Assembly (NCBI GenBank): GCA_965246715.1
Contig: CBDFFH010000021.1
Location: forward strand, 64,001-128,000
From: Chamaesiphon sp.
GTDB taxonomy: Bacteria > Cyanobacteriota > Cyanobacteriia > Cyanobacteriales > Chamaesiphonaceae
Reading direction: 5' to 3'
DNA: 64,000 bases
The notes below the pieces were generated by a model. That model was not told the DNA's origin and did not search any database. It saw nothing but the letters and a program-made list of their open reading frames with translations. The translations under genes and the position numbers were made by a program. Each line of letters begins with the position of its first letter. Position 1 is the first letter of the stretch. Below, one piece after another: positions 10,321 to 19,763 of the stretch.

Positions 10321-10890
10321 TTAGATAGCTGTTAAACTTTCTCGGACTTCCATCAAAGCAAAACCTAATAGATTTAACCCTGCCCATCTGCATGGATTTT
10401 TAGCATCGGGATTGTCTGCGGCGATGCCAATGCCCCAAATCCGATCGTCGGGACTAGCTTCGACGAGAACTCGATTTTTAGTATTCAATAGAAATTCTTT
10501 AAATGGTTCGTTTTGTGAGAATTTAGCGAGATTGCCTTGCACCACGATCTCGAAGCGATGTTCTTCCCAAACTTTTTGGTCGAATCCTTTTACACCTCTA
10601 CCGATCTGTTTGGTATCTTTAGGATGTTTTGCTTTGAGAATACTTTGTTCGGCATCGCGATCGTTAAATAATCTGGCTTTAGATGCCATCATATAGTGTT
10701 CGGCAGTGGGGTAACTGATGCCATCGATCGTAAATTTCGAGCCAACCCACTGACTAAAACAACTTTTTGTAACCGAACCATCTTTACTGGGTTGATGTCC
10801 CCAAAATAGCAGGTATTCGGCTTTATTTCCCGCATCGAGATAATCGACTAAACTCTGTCTGTCCCTAATTTTTTCTACACTCATACTCAC
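10321..10890 (-). CDS. NADAR family protein (YbiA-like)
   Basis: CFSQW, TAEHYMMA, LVEASPDDRIWGIG and GLNLLGFALM motifs. Confidence 0.93.
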   Translation of the reverse strand: MSMSVEKIRDRQSLVDYLDAGNKAEYLLFWGHQPSKDGSVTKSCFSQWVGSKFTIDGISYPTAEHYMMASKARLFNDRDAEQSILKAKHPKDTKQIGRGVKGFDQKVWEEHRFEIVVQGNLAKFSQNEPFKEFLLNTKNRVLVEASPDDRIWGIGIAADNPDAKNPCRWAGLNLLGFALMEVRESLTAI

Positions 10891-10946
10891 TCAACCATTT
10901 AGATTGAGACATTCTAGCAGAACATCCCAATCTATTTTAAACCAAT

Positions 10947-12356
10947 CTAGAGTTGTTCGATTTCAGAGACTAATTTACCAACGACATCTTTGGCACTGCC
11001 AAACAGCATCCTCGTGTTATCGAGATAAAATAGCTCGTTGTCCACGCCAGCAAACCCAGTACTCATACCACGTTTGATCACGATCGTGTGTTTGGCTCGA
11101 TCGACATTGAGAATTGGCATCCCAAAAATCGGACTATTGCTATCGCTGCGCGCCGCTGGATTTACGACATCATTTGCCCCGATGACTAGCGCCACATCCA
11201 CTCGATCGAATTGCGAATTGATATCATCCATATCATAGAGCTGTGGATAGGGGACATTTGCCTCCGCCAATAACACGTTCATATGCCCCGGCATCCGCCC
11301 AGCAACGGGGTGAATTGCATATTTGACATCGACCCCCATCCCATCCAATCGATCGGCTAATTCCCGCACTGAGTGCTGCGCCTGCGCCACTGCCATTCCA
11401 TAACCAGGGACGATCACAACCGATCGAGCATAGCCCAACATCATCGCCGATTCTTCTGCGTCGATGCTACGTGCCGTACGGTCTCCCATCGATGCACCCG
11501 CGCCGCCACCGCCAGCTTTCGCCCCACCGAAGGCACCGAATAATACGCTAGCCAGCGAGCGATTCATCCCCTTACACATGATTTGGGTGAGGATGATTCC
11601 CGATGCACCGACTAAAGCCCCGGCGATAATCAAGATATTATTCATCAACACAAAGCCGGCGGCGGCGGCGGCGATGCCAGAAAAAGAGTTGAGCAGCGAG
11701 ACGACTACTGGCATATCCGCACCACCGATCGGCAGCACGAATAATATACCTAAAATTAGGGAAATTGCTGTCAATGCCAGAAATACAATTTCATCTTTTG
11801 GCTCGGTGAGAAAATACGCACTACCAACAATAAAGCTAGCAAATAACGCGATATTAATCGGCTGTTGGAGCGGAAAGGTAATTGGCGAACCCGACATCAA
11901 CTCTTGTAATTTAGCAAACGCAATCAAACTACCAGTTAGCGTAATCCCACCGATGAGAATACTTAGGATTAACGTAATTCGACTATCGATCGACGGTACT
12001 TCTACAGCTGGTTGCACCCGCAGAAACTCGGCGACAGCAATCAGTGTCGAAGCACCACCACCCAAGCCATTGAGCAAGCCTACCATCTGCGGCATGGCAG
12101 TCATTTCGACTTTATAGGCACCGACTGCGCCGATAATCGAACCGATCGCAATCCCGAGAAAAATCATCTGATAATTAACTACTGCGGCATCGAGTAATGT
12201 CCCGATTACCGCGATTAACATGCCTACCGCCGCGATCGTATTTCCTTTGCGCGCCGTCGCTGGCGAGCCGAGATATTTCAATCCGATAAAGAACAAGGCG
12301 GTAGCAACTAAATAACTTAGTTGAATCCCCGTCGGGATAAATTCAGTGATGTTCAT
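10947..12356 (-). CDS. pntB: NAD(P) transhydrogenase subunit beta
   Basis: Multiple TM helices; VPGYGMAVAQAQ, HPVAGRMPGHMNVLLAEA and GANDVVNP motifs. Confidence 0.97.
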   Translation of the reverse strand: MNITEFIPTGIQLSYLVATALFFIGLKYLGSPATARKGNTIAAVGMLIAVIGTLLDAAVVNYQMIFLGIAIGSIIGAVGAYKVEMTAMPQMVGLLNGLGGGASTLIAVAEFLRVQPAVEVPSIDSRITLILSILIGGITLTGSLIAFAKLQELMSGSPITFPLQQPINIALFASFIVGSAYFLTEPKDEIVFLALTAISLILGILFVLPIGGADMPVVVSLLNSFSGIAAAAAGFVLMNNILIIAGALVGASGIILTQIMCKGMNRSLASVLFGAFGGAKAGGGGAGASMGDRTARSIDAEESAMMLGYARSVVIVPGYGMAVAQAQHSVRELADRLDGMGVDVKYAIHPVAGRMPGHMNVLLAEANVPYPQLYDMDDINSQFDRVDVALVIGANDVVNPAARSDSNSPIFGMPILNVDRAKHTIVIKRGMSTGFAGVDNELFYLDNTRMLFGSAKDVVGKLVSEIEQL

Positions 12357-12387
12357 TTGTTAGGAAATAGGGATAGATTTTTGCAAA

Positions 12388-12490
12388 TAAGTAGGTCAAT
12401 GTAAATATTCATAACATCATAAAGGCCTGAAAATTAGATGGTGGGCATTGCCCACCCTACACATTGTTTTGTATTTAATTACTGACGTTA
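12388..12490. repeat. Degenerate MITE (TAAGTAGGTC.. end) with REP GGTGGGCATTGCCCACCCTAC
   Basis: End motif shared with 31805 and 42707; REP shared with 41082 and 42780-42980. Confidence 0.55.
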
Positions 12491-12558
12491 ATTAATAACA
12501 AATTGAGAACGAAACCCGCTCTCTCCGCTAGAACATAATTGCAACTTATTTGCAAATA

Positions 12559-12861
12559 TTAAGTTATTTTTGATTCTTTCTTTTTGAACATTTGCAACAT
12601 GCGATCGGTGACGAGAAACCCACCGACGACATTAATTGTTGCCAACACGATTGCAATGACACCGAGGATCGTAATCAAATTACCATCGCGGCTAGTGCCG
12701 CCAGCAACTAATAACGCCCCGATTACGGCAATCCCCGAAATCGCATTAGAACCCGACATTAGGGGAGTGTGGAGTGTGGGGGGAACTTTGTTGATTACTT
12801 CGGCTCCTGCGAGTGTAGCGAGCAAGAAAATAAATAGAGCGGCAATTAGGGTGGAAGTCAT
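12559..12861 (-). CDS. pntA: NAD(P) transhydrogenase alpha subunit, part 2 (membrane)
   Basis: VPPTLHTPLMSGSNAISG and NVVGGFLVTDRML motifs. Confidence 0.95.
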   Translation of the reverse strand: MTSTLIAALFIFLLATLAGAEVINKVPPTLHTPLMSGSNAISGIAVIGALLVAGGTSRDGNLITILGVIAIVLATINVVGGFLVTDRMLQMFKKKESKIT

Positions 12862-12960
12862 TCGATTTTGGATTTTGGATTTTGGATTAAAACTCTGTCA
12901 TCAATCCTCAATAGCAACCGATCTTGTAAGGGTGCCGATTGGGGGTGCCATTCTTTACTA

Positions 12961-13137
12961 ACCCAAGTTGCTACCTATTTCTTGCCTGCGACTGAAGTCG
13001 CGGCTAATGTTGCAAAGTCCGCCTTCTCGGACTGAATTTCTTAGTCCGCGAAGGCGGACTTTGCACTCCGTTCGCGAAGCGTCTGCCTTGCAGATACGGC
13101 GGTTTTAACCGCTGGAGTTGTAGGTAGCAACTTGGAT
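12961..13137. mobile_element. MITE with TIR ACCCAAGTTGCTACC flanked by TA (IS630-like), carrying the AGTCCGC..GCGGACT hairpin cargo
   Basis: TA|ACCCAAGTTGCTACCTA ... TAGGTAGCAACTTGGAT|TA; same TIR at 30057-30260, single ends near 10321 and 41297. Confidence 0.85.
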
Positions 13138-13177
13138 TAACTAAGAGCACTAACAAATATATCCGGCGGCAAATAAA

Positions 13178-14332
13178 TTACCCAACAGCCGAGGGTTGAG
13201 TGGTGCTATTCACGAAATTACGGACGCGTTCGTTACAAATCTCACCTTGATAAGTCACACAGGTACTCGCAACGATATCGTCAGCAAAATCTAAATTTAG
13301 TGCTCCGTCTTTGAGCAAAAGTAACAATAAAGTACTGATATTTTTTGCGTACAATTGACTTGCATGAATGGGCACGGTTGCAGGGAGATTTATCGTCCCG
13401 ACGATCGTCACTTGATGCCGATCGATCGATTTACCCGCTTCGGTATAGGCACAATTTCCACCCTGCTCTGCGGCCAAATCGACGATGACCGAGCCGGGAC
13501 GCATCTGCGACACCATTTCTGCCGTTACTAACTGGGGCGCTGTCTTCCCGGGCACCTGTGCCGTCGTAATCACCACATCTGCCGTGCTCACGTGTTGGGC
13601 GATCGTTTTTTGGGTTAATTCCGTCGCTGATTGGGATACTTCCTTCGCGTAGCCATTTTCACCCACGGTATCCTCAGTTAAGGGCACCTCGACAAACTTC
13701 GCCCCCAAGCTTTGAACTTCTTCTTTCACCGCTGGACGAATATCAAACGCTTCGACAATTGCCCCCAATCGTCTCGCTGTCGCGATCGCTTGTAAGCCAG
13801 CTACCCCAACCCCAATGACAAATACCTTTGCTGGCGCGATCGTGCCTGCTGCTGTGGTTAACATCGGAAAGTACTTTGGCAACGTCGCCGCCGCCAATAA
13901 CACCGCCTTGTAGCCTGCGATCGAAGCTTGGGATGAGAGTGCATCCATACTTTGAGCGCGCGTGCTGCGCGGAATTAATTCCATTGCCAAACTTGTGATG
14001 CCTTGTCGAGCGAGCTGAGCGATTAATTGCTCGTTGGCGAGGGGTGTCAGGCAACTAATCAACACGGCACCCGATCGCAATTTACCAGCTTCTTCGAGAG
14101 TTGGCACGCCAACTTTCAAAACAATATCGGCTTCGCGCCACAGCTTGTCGGTGTCGTCGCTCACCTGTGCCCCTGCTTGGATATAAGCCTCATCACTCCA
14201 AAAAGACTTTTCTCCAGCCCCCGTTTCGATCCAAATTTCCAAGCCCTGTTTGACTAACCGCGCTACAACATCAGGGATCAGCGCGACCCGCTGTTCGCTA
14301 CGAGCGATCTCTTTAACAACTACAATTTTCAT
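13178..14332 (-). CDS. pntA: NAD(P) transhydrogenase alpha subunit, part 1 (NAD-binding)
   Basis: RAQSMDALSSQ, GVGVAGLQAIATA and DLAAEQGGNC motifs. Confidence 0.96.
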   Translation of the reverse strand: MKIVVVKEIARSEQRVALIPDVVARLVKQGLEIWIETGAGEKSFWSDEAYIQAGAQVSDDTDKLWREADIVLKVGVPTLEEAGKLRSGAVLISCLTPLANEQLIAQLARQGITSLAMELIPRSTRAQSMDALSSQASIAGYKAVLLAAATLPKYFPMLTTAAGTIAPAKVFVIGVGVAGLQAIATARRLGAIVEAFDIRPAVKEEVQSLGAKFVEVPLTEDTVGENGYAKEVSQSATELTQKTIAQHVSTADVVITTAQVPGKTAPQLVTAEMVSQMRPGSVIVDLAAEQGGNCAYTEAGKSIDRHQVTIVGTINLPATVPIHASQLYAKNISTLLLLLLKDGALNLDFADDIVASTCVTYQGEICNERVRNFVNSTTQPSAVG

Positions 14333-15044
14333 GCCAAACTCCGTAAAGTATCGTGGTGGAAAAGATTGGGACTGACAGTAAAGATTTCATCCAAATCTTA
14401 AGAATGAAGTCGAGCTGGTAGATATCGCTACATGTTCTTTAGACCGAAATACTACCGATTGCCGATCGAGGATGTCGCTCTGATGAATTGTCTTCTCCTC
14501 TGCAAAAATGTCAAGATTCCCATAAATTGTGCCGTACGTAACAGAAGTTAGTTTGATTTACTTCTTTAATTAGGTGCGAGTTTTTATTCGCTAATAGAAA
14601 TTTAAGATTTGAATTTAAGATTCCTGACAAAGCTAGCAACTACAGATTGCTAGTTTGAGTCGCAATCTTCGCATTCTGACGAGCGATGGAAGAAATGCTT
14701 GCCAACACTACTAGACGCAAAATTTTTGGGCGATCGCTCGATAAATCGGGATATTAGCATAGTCAATCCTGAAGATCGGCTAAATTGCGGAATAATTTAC
14801 ATAGTTGCTGTCGTTGGCATAGCCTACCGGAGGTAATTGCCCGCGAACATCCCTGACCGATGGGCTAGATCGATTAAGATTAAGTCACACGCAGCGATCG
14901 CTGCTACTAATCATCGCAGTCTGACCTCTAAATTAGTCTAATTTCATCCTGAAATTGATAAATATTGGTCAATTAATCTTAAATTAATAGTAAATTTAAG
15001 TAACGGATTATTAATGCGTGGGACTTTAAAGAGAGGAGTTAAAG

Positions 15045-15575
15045 ATGTCTAACAGTCAGATCGCTCGCAAATTATTACCATTTCTAGCCATCACCAGTTA
15101 TCTGGTAGCAGCTATTCCTACCTTAGTCAGAGCAGACAGCTTACCTGGATTTACACTCTTTAGTGGTGTCGATCCGGCCAACCAACTCAGCTATAGGTTA
15201 GATTCTGGCAATCGGAGCGTTTCCGATCGCTATCGATTAAGAATTCCTGGCTCAAAAATTAATTCACTCGGTGCTGCCCAAATTCAGATCGTCTACCCTG
15301 ACTACTACAAAGGGAAGTTTGACGACCAAAAAGTTGAGGTATTCGTTGATGACAAATTGATTCCCCTGCAATCTACCACATGGAATCGCGAACAGCGGAC
15401 GCTCGAAATCAACCTCGCGCAACAACTCAAGACGAAGAGCGAGATCGAAGTCGTACTCAGTAACGTCCAAAATCCTGATGGAATTGGGACATTTTATTTC
15501 GATTGCTTAGTAAAAAGTAGTGTTGACTTTCCGATCGCGCGTAAAATCGGCACTTGGATTCTGAGTATCGATTAG
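15045..15575 (+). CDS. DUF2808-type secreted cyanobacterial protein
   Basis: Signal peptide, LPGFTLFSG, DRYRLRIP, NVQNP..G.FYF and GTWILSI; GAGGAG RBS upstream. Confidence 0.8.
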   Translation: MSNSQIARKLLPFLAITSYLVAAIPTLVRADSLPGFTLFSGVDPANQLSYRLDSGNRSVSDRYRLRIPGSKINSLGAAQIQIVYPDYYKGKFDDQKVEVFVDDKLIPLQSTTWNREQRTLEINLAQQLKTKSEIEVVLSNVQNPDGIGTFYFDCLVKSSVDFPIARKIGTWILSID

Positions 15576-15617
15576 ACAAAACTTACCTCAGGTAAAATTC
15601 AGTACTCGCGATCCAGC

Positions 15618-15652
15618 AATGGCGCAGACAGTCCATGTCTGCGCCATTTTTT
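15618..15652 (+). terminator. Rho-independent terminator
   Basis: AATGGCGCAGACA-GTCCA-TGTCTGCGCCATT followed by a T tract. Confidence 0.85.
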
Positions 15653-16037
15653 CATGCTCAGTCATCCTCACCCGCGCCACCGTCACGAGCGAATTTCCAA
15701 ATCATTCCGGTTTTAACCAATCTGCACTTGTAAAAGAAACCAGGTGAGTATTGACGGATCTGTCTCGAAAGGTGGGAATGCTAGGGGTAACGGTACATGC
15801 CAATCGCTGAATCCGCTGACTGCGGCGATATCGGCGATCTGCCTGAGCGAACACCGAGCGAACGATTTAGAAGCGTGTACTCTGCTGACACACATTAGAT
15901 CCTGACTTACGTTACTGCAAAAATTTGACTGCGAGCTAAATCTAGCTACTTTAGCCAGCTTGTAAGTCTTTATCTGGCAGTAGTAAGTGCTAATTTTTTA
16001 AAACTTAAATCTTGTTGAGTACATTTGAGAACAGTCT

Positions 16038-17315
16038 ATGCCCCTTAAATCTTTATCTAAATCAGCAGAGTACGATGAATCCACCCCCGAGTTGGATCTT
16101 AATGGCATAGAGATGGATGAGGAGAGCTTGCGTGTCTCGCTCCCCGAATTATTTGAATCGGATGAAGCTGATTTGGATAGTACGGCGGTTCCGGCTGCGG
16201 CGAAGAACATCTACTATAGCAAGGATTTAGTTCGGTTATATCTCCAAGAAATCGGGAAAGTCCGTCTCCTGCTGCGAGATGAAGAAATTTCCGAAGCTCA
16301 AGTCGTGCGGCGGTATGTCCAACTACTCGAATTGCGGACGGAAGCCGCAGAGCAAGCCAAATCCGATGCCAGCGAAGATCTCTCCATTTTGCAATATGTC
16401 GAAGCGATCGAAATACACGATCGATTGACAGCACAATTAGGGCATCGTCCTTCGCTCGAACGCTGGGCGAAGACCGTCGGCATCTCGCTAGCCGAACTCA
16501 AGCCCAGACTCGCTACTGGCAAGCAACGCTGGGCAGAATTAGCCCAGGTAACTGTGGCCGAACTCGATGCCATTCAGTTGGCGGGTACTCGTGCCAAGGA
16601 GCACATGATCAAGGCTAATCTCCGCCTCGTCGTCTCTGTTGCCAAAAAATATCAAAATCGCGGCTTGGAACTGTTAGATTTAATCCAAGAAGGGACGATG
16701 GGTTTGGAACGAGCGGTCGATAAATTCGATCCGACCAAAGGTTATCGGTTTAGCACCTATGCTTACTGGTGGATTCGGCAAGGGATTACCCGCGCGATTG
16801 CCACTCAAAGTCGGAATATTCGTCTCCCCGTCCACATTACCGAAAAACTCAATAAGATCAAAAAAGTCCAACGCGAGCTGAGTTTGCAAACTGGTAGACC
16901 GCCAAAATTGGAGGATGTCGCCAAGGCACTAGATATGACGTTGCCGCAACTCCAAGAAGTCTTGATGCGCGTACCCCGATCGGTATCATTGGATGTGAAA
17001 GTGGGTAAGGATCGGGATACAGAATTAGGCGATTTGCTCGAAGCCGAAGAAGCTTCGCCCGAGCAACTATTGATGCGCGAGTCGCTTCAGGGCGAACTGG
17101 TGCAATTACTGGCCGATTTGACCGATCGAGAACGCGAGGTGATCTGCCTACGCTTCGGGTTAGGCTACAATCACGCTCACTCGTTGGCAGATATCGGACG
17201 AGTACTCGAACTCTCCCGCGAACGCGTTCGCCAGATCGAATCGAAAGCCTTACAAAAGCTCCGCCAACCAAAACGCCGCAACCGCGTCCGGGATTACTTA
17301 GAATCAATGAATTAA
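16038..17315 (+). CDS. sigC: Group 2 RNA polymerase sigma factor SigC
   Basis: DLVRLYLQEIG, ANLRLVVSVAKKYQNRGLELLDLIQEG, FSTYAYWWIRQ and a region 4 HTH; long insertion between regions 1.2 and 2, typical of SigC. Confidence 0.85.
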   Translation: MPLKSLSKSAEYDESTPELDLNGIEMDEESLRVSLPELFESDEADLDSTAVPAAAKNIYYSKDLVRLYLQEIGKVRLLLRDEEISEAQVVRRYVQLLELRTEAAEQAKSDASEDLSILQYVEAIEIHDRLTAQLGHRPSLERWAKTVGISLAELKPRLATGKQRWAELAQVTVAELDAIQLAGTRAKEHMIKANLRLVVSVAKKYQNRGLELLDLIQEGTMGLERAVDKFDPTKGYRFSTYAYWWIRQGITRAIATQSRNIRLPVHITEKLNKIKKVQRELSLQTGRPPKLEDVAKALDMTLPQLQEVLMRVPRSVSLDVKVGKDRDTELGDLLEAEEASPEQLLMRESLQGELVQLLADLTDREREVICLRFGLGYNHAHSLADIGRVLELSRERVRQIESKALQKLRQPKRRNRVRDYLESMN

Positions 17316-17328
17316 GCTAGATCTACGC

Positions 17329-17431
17329 CAGTACTTCTCGATTAAGAACTGCTAGCGACTGAAGTCGCTGCTAGTGAAGCCTAGTCCGCGTAGGCGGACT
17401 AACTAGTTTTTAGATTAACCGAGAAGTATTG
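17329..17431. mobile_element. 103-bp MITE with TIR CA(G/A)TACTTCTCG and a 10-bp TSD (IS4-like), hairpin cargo
   Basis: AGATCTACGC (17319-17328) and AGATCTACCC (17432-17441) flank CAGTACTTCTCG...CGAGAAGTATTG. Confidence 0.85.
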
Positions 17432-17635
17432 AGATCTACCCCTCCATACCAGTTGAATTTTCATAATGAGAATTGCTGTAATAACAGTCGATCGCGATCG
17501 GATCGTGTTGGATGATGCAATATGCTGCATTAGCGAGTTTGTTGGTAAGAAGTTCGATTGATAGTAAGATCGAGCTGGATCGAAACAATCAGATATAACT
17601 CCTCATTCATAATTCCGCGTAGCGGTAGACATTTC

Positions 17636-19045
17636 ATGAAGCGTCGCCAATTTCTGCAATATAGCACTCTCGCCGCAGCAGGTTTGACCTTTGCCGCTTG
17701 TACCAGTCAAGGGAGTAAACATTTTACCCAGCCGCCAGCCAACTTTGGCAAATTAGAAAAGACCGATCTGACGATCGGAATCGTTTCTGGTTTGGATTGT
17801 CTGCCGTTGGTGATTGCCAAAGAAAAAGGGATGTTCAAAAAATATGGCTTGAACGTCAATCTAGTCAAACAACCAACCTGGGACAAAACCCAATCCGAGC
17901 TACATGCTGGCAAGCTAGATGCAACGCAGAGCCTATTTGCCATGCCGCTATGGGAATATTTCGATAATAGTAAAGGTCGAAAATCGGCAGATTCAGAGGA
18001 TGATTCGACTCGCAGCAGACGACGCAGACGACGCGATTCAGATACTAATAAAAATAAAGATGGTGCGGTTACGGTTGCATTGATGGGTTTGAATCTCAAT
18101 GGTAATAGTATCAGCCTGAATGAAGCAGCTTGGAAATCCGGACTCCGACCGCTGCAAGCTTATAATAGTGTCCAAGAATTCAAGGATGGCTATAACAAAT
18201 TTTTCCGAGAAATGAAGCAAATACCCGGATTTGCAATCCCACATCCAGCGGCAATGGCCAATTATACTACCAGATATTGGTTGGGGACGATGGGAATCGA
18301 TGCCGAGCGAGATCTAAAATTTCAGGTGATGACTCCCGATGCAATTATCGCTGGGTTAGATAGTGGCAAAGTTATCGGTTACGCCAATGACGAACTCTTC
18401 AATCAACAAACAATCGCTAATAAAAAAGCATTTACTGCTTATCTCGATCGCGATATCTGGCACGGACACCCCGAAAAAATTCTCGCCACGCTCGATACTT
18501 GGCTCAAAGATAATCCCAATACTGCTAGAGCGATGATGGCAGCAGTCTTAGAATCTTGTCAATTTTGCGAGAACGAACAAAATGTTGCCACACTCGCACC
18601 GATTTTAGGTAAGTCTGAGTATACTGACGCTGGTACTAATAAAGATTGGCAAAAAATTCTTGCTGGTAGTTATAACTATGGTGGCTTCGATAAAAAACCG
18701 CAAGTCGTCCAAGTTCCTGATTTTCAAATCTTTCACTTTCAATCGACTAATTATCTCCAGCAACCCAATCACGCCAATTTCCTCTGGCATTCGCATGCTG
18801 TCTGGGTGCTGACGCAGATGGTACGATGGAATCAGCAAGGTTTGGGCAGTTATCCCAAGAATGCGAATGAAGCGATCGATAAACTCTATCCCACGACGGC
18901 TTATGCTGATGTTGCCAAAGCTTTTTGGTTGAATATGCCCAAGGGACAACTTAAAATCGAACAACCAGAGATGTTTATCGATCGCATTGCTTTCGATCCG
19001 AATAAACCGCTAGAGTATCTTAATGGTTTTGAATTACGGGCTTGA
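17636..19045 (+). CDS. CmpA/NrtA-family ABC substrate-binding lipoprotein (divergent, orphan)
   Basis: Tat/lipoprotein signal MKRRQFLQ...FAAC; LVIAKEKG.FKKYGL, DIWHGHPEK and W.LTQMVRW motifs. Confidence 0.88.
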   Translation: MKRRQFLQYSTLAAAGLTFAACTSQGSKHFTQPPANFGKLEKTDLTIGIVSGLDCLPLVIAKEKGMFKKYGLNVNLVKQPTWDKTQSELHAGKLDATQSLFAMPLWEYFDNSKGRKSADSEDDSTRSRRRRRRDSDTNKNKDGAVTVALMGLNLNGNSISLNEAAWKSGLRPLQAYNSVQEFKDGYNKFFREMKQIPGFAIPHPAAMANYTTRYWLGTMGIDAERDLKFQVMTPDAIIAGLDSGKVIGYANDELFNQQTIANKKAFTAYLDRDIWHGHPEKILATLDTWLKDNPNTARAMMAAVLESCQFCENEQNVATLAPILGKSEYTDAGTNKDWQKILAGSYNYGGFDKKPQVVQVPDFQIFHFQSTNYLQQPNHANFLWHSHAVWVLTQMVRWNQQGLGSYPKNANEAIDKLYPTTAYADVAKAFWLNMPKGQLKIEQPEMFIDRIAFDPNKPLEYLNGFELRA

Positions 19046-19080
19046 TTCAGAAAAATTAAGGGGTTTGATCGACTGATATT

Positions 19081-19114
19081 TGGCAGCGCGCTATGTTGCG
19101 CGCTGCCATTCTTT
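19081..19114. terminator. GC-rich hairpin between convergent genes
   Basis: TGGCAGCGCG-loop-CGCGCTGCCA followed by TTCTTT. Confidence 0.65.
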
Positions 19115-19160
19115 CTAGATCGCCGCGATCGTTTACGAGCGATCGACAATCATAAAAACA

Positions 19161-19748
19161 TTAGACGATCGATTCATCACTATTAAAGGTAATTCCTTCA
19201 AATACTCGATCGATTGGAAAGGTCAAATTAATACTTTCTAGCTCGATGGCATCTCCAGCCACATAATTACTAATTCCCCATCGATCGCGATCGTTCTTGT
19301 GATAAAGATCGATCTCAATTTTATTAGCATTAACTAACACATAATCTCGTAGATTACTAGAGCGTCGATAGAGTCTAAATTTTCCGCCTCTGTCATAGGC
19401 TTCGGTGCTGGGAGATAAAACTTCGATAATCAGGCAAGGGTAGCTGATAAACTTAGTCGCAGCGCGATCGAGTTCATTACAAGTAACACTAACATCGGGA
19501 TAAACATAGTCATTAGATTCCTGAATCCCTACTTTGACATCAGAAGTTAGCACCCGATATCCTCCACCATGCAGATGACTCCCTAGCAGGATGATAAGAT
19601 TTGCCGCAATCTGTCCGTGATTGACGGTTCCTCCTGTCATCGCATAGACTTCGCCATCGAGATATTCATGACGCAACTCTTGTTGCTCCTCCCAGGCAAA
19701 ATATTCATTGGGTGTAAATCTTGGAGAATTTTGGTATGCAGCAACCAT
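19161..19748 (-). CDS. Uma2 family endonuclease
   Basis: RHEYLDGEVYAMTGG, YPDVSV and IIEVLSPSTEAYDRG motifs. Confidence 0.93.
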   Translation of the reverse strand: MVAAYQNSPRFTPNEYFAWEEQQELRHEYLDGEVYAMTGGTVNHGQIAANLIILLGSHLHGGGYRVLTSDVKVGIQESNDYVYPDVSVTCNELDRAATKFISYPCLIIEVLSPSTEAYDRGGKFRLYRRSSNLRDYVLVNANKIEIDLYHKNDRDRWGISNYVAGDAIELESINLTFPIDRVFEGITFNSDESIV

Positions 19749-19763
19749 TAGTTATTATCTTGT

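Noticed and set aside
14418..14431. NtcA site GTA-N8-TAC upstream of pntA
   Set aside because: The pattern matches, but the nearest TAN3T is 17 nt away instead of about 22; a 6-bp match is common by chance.
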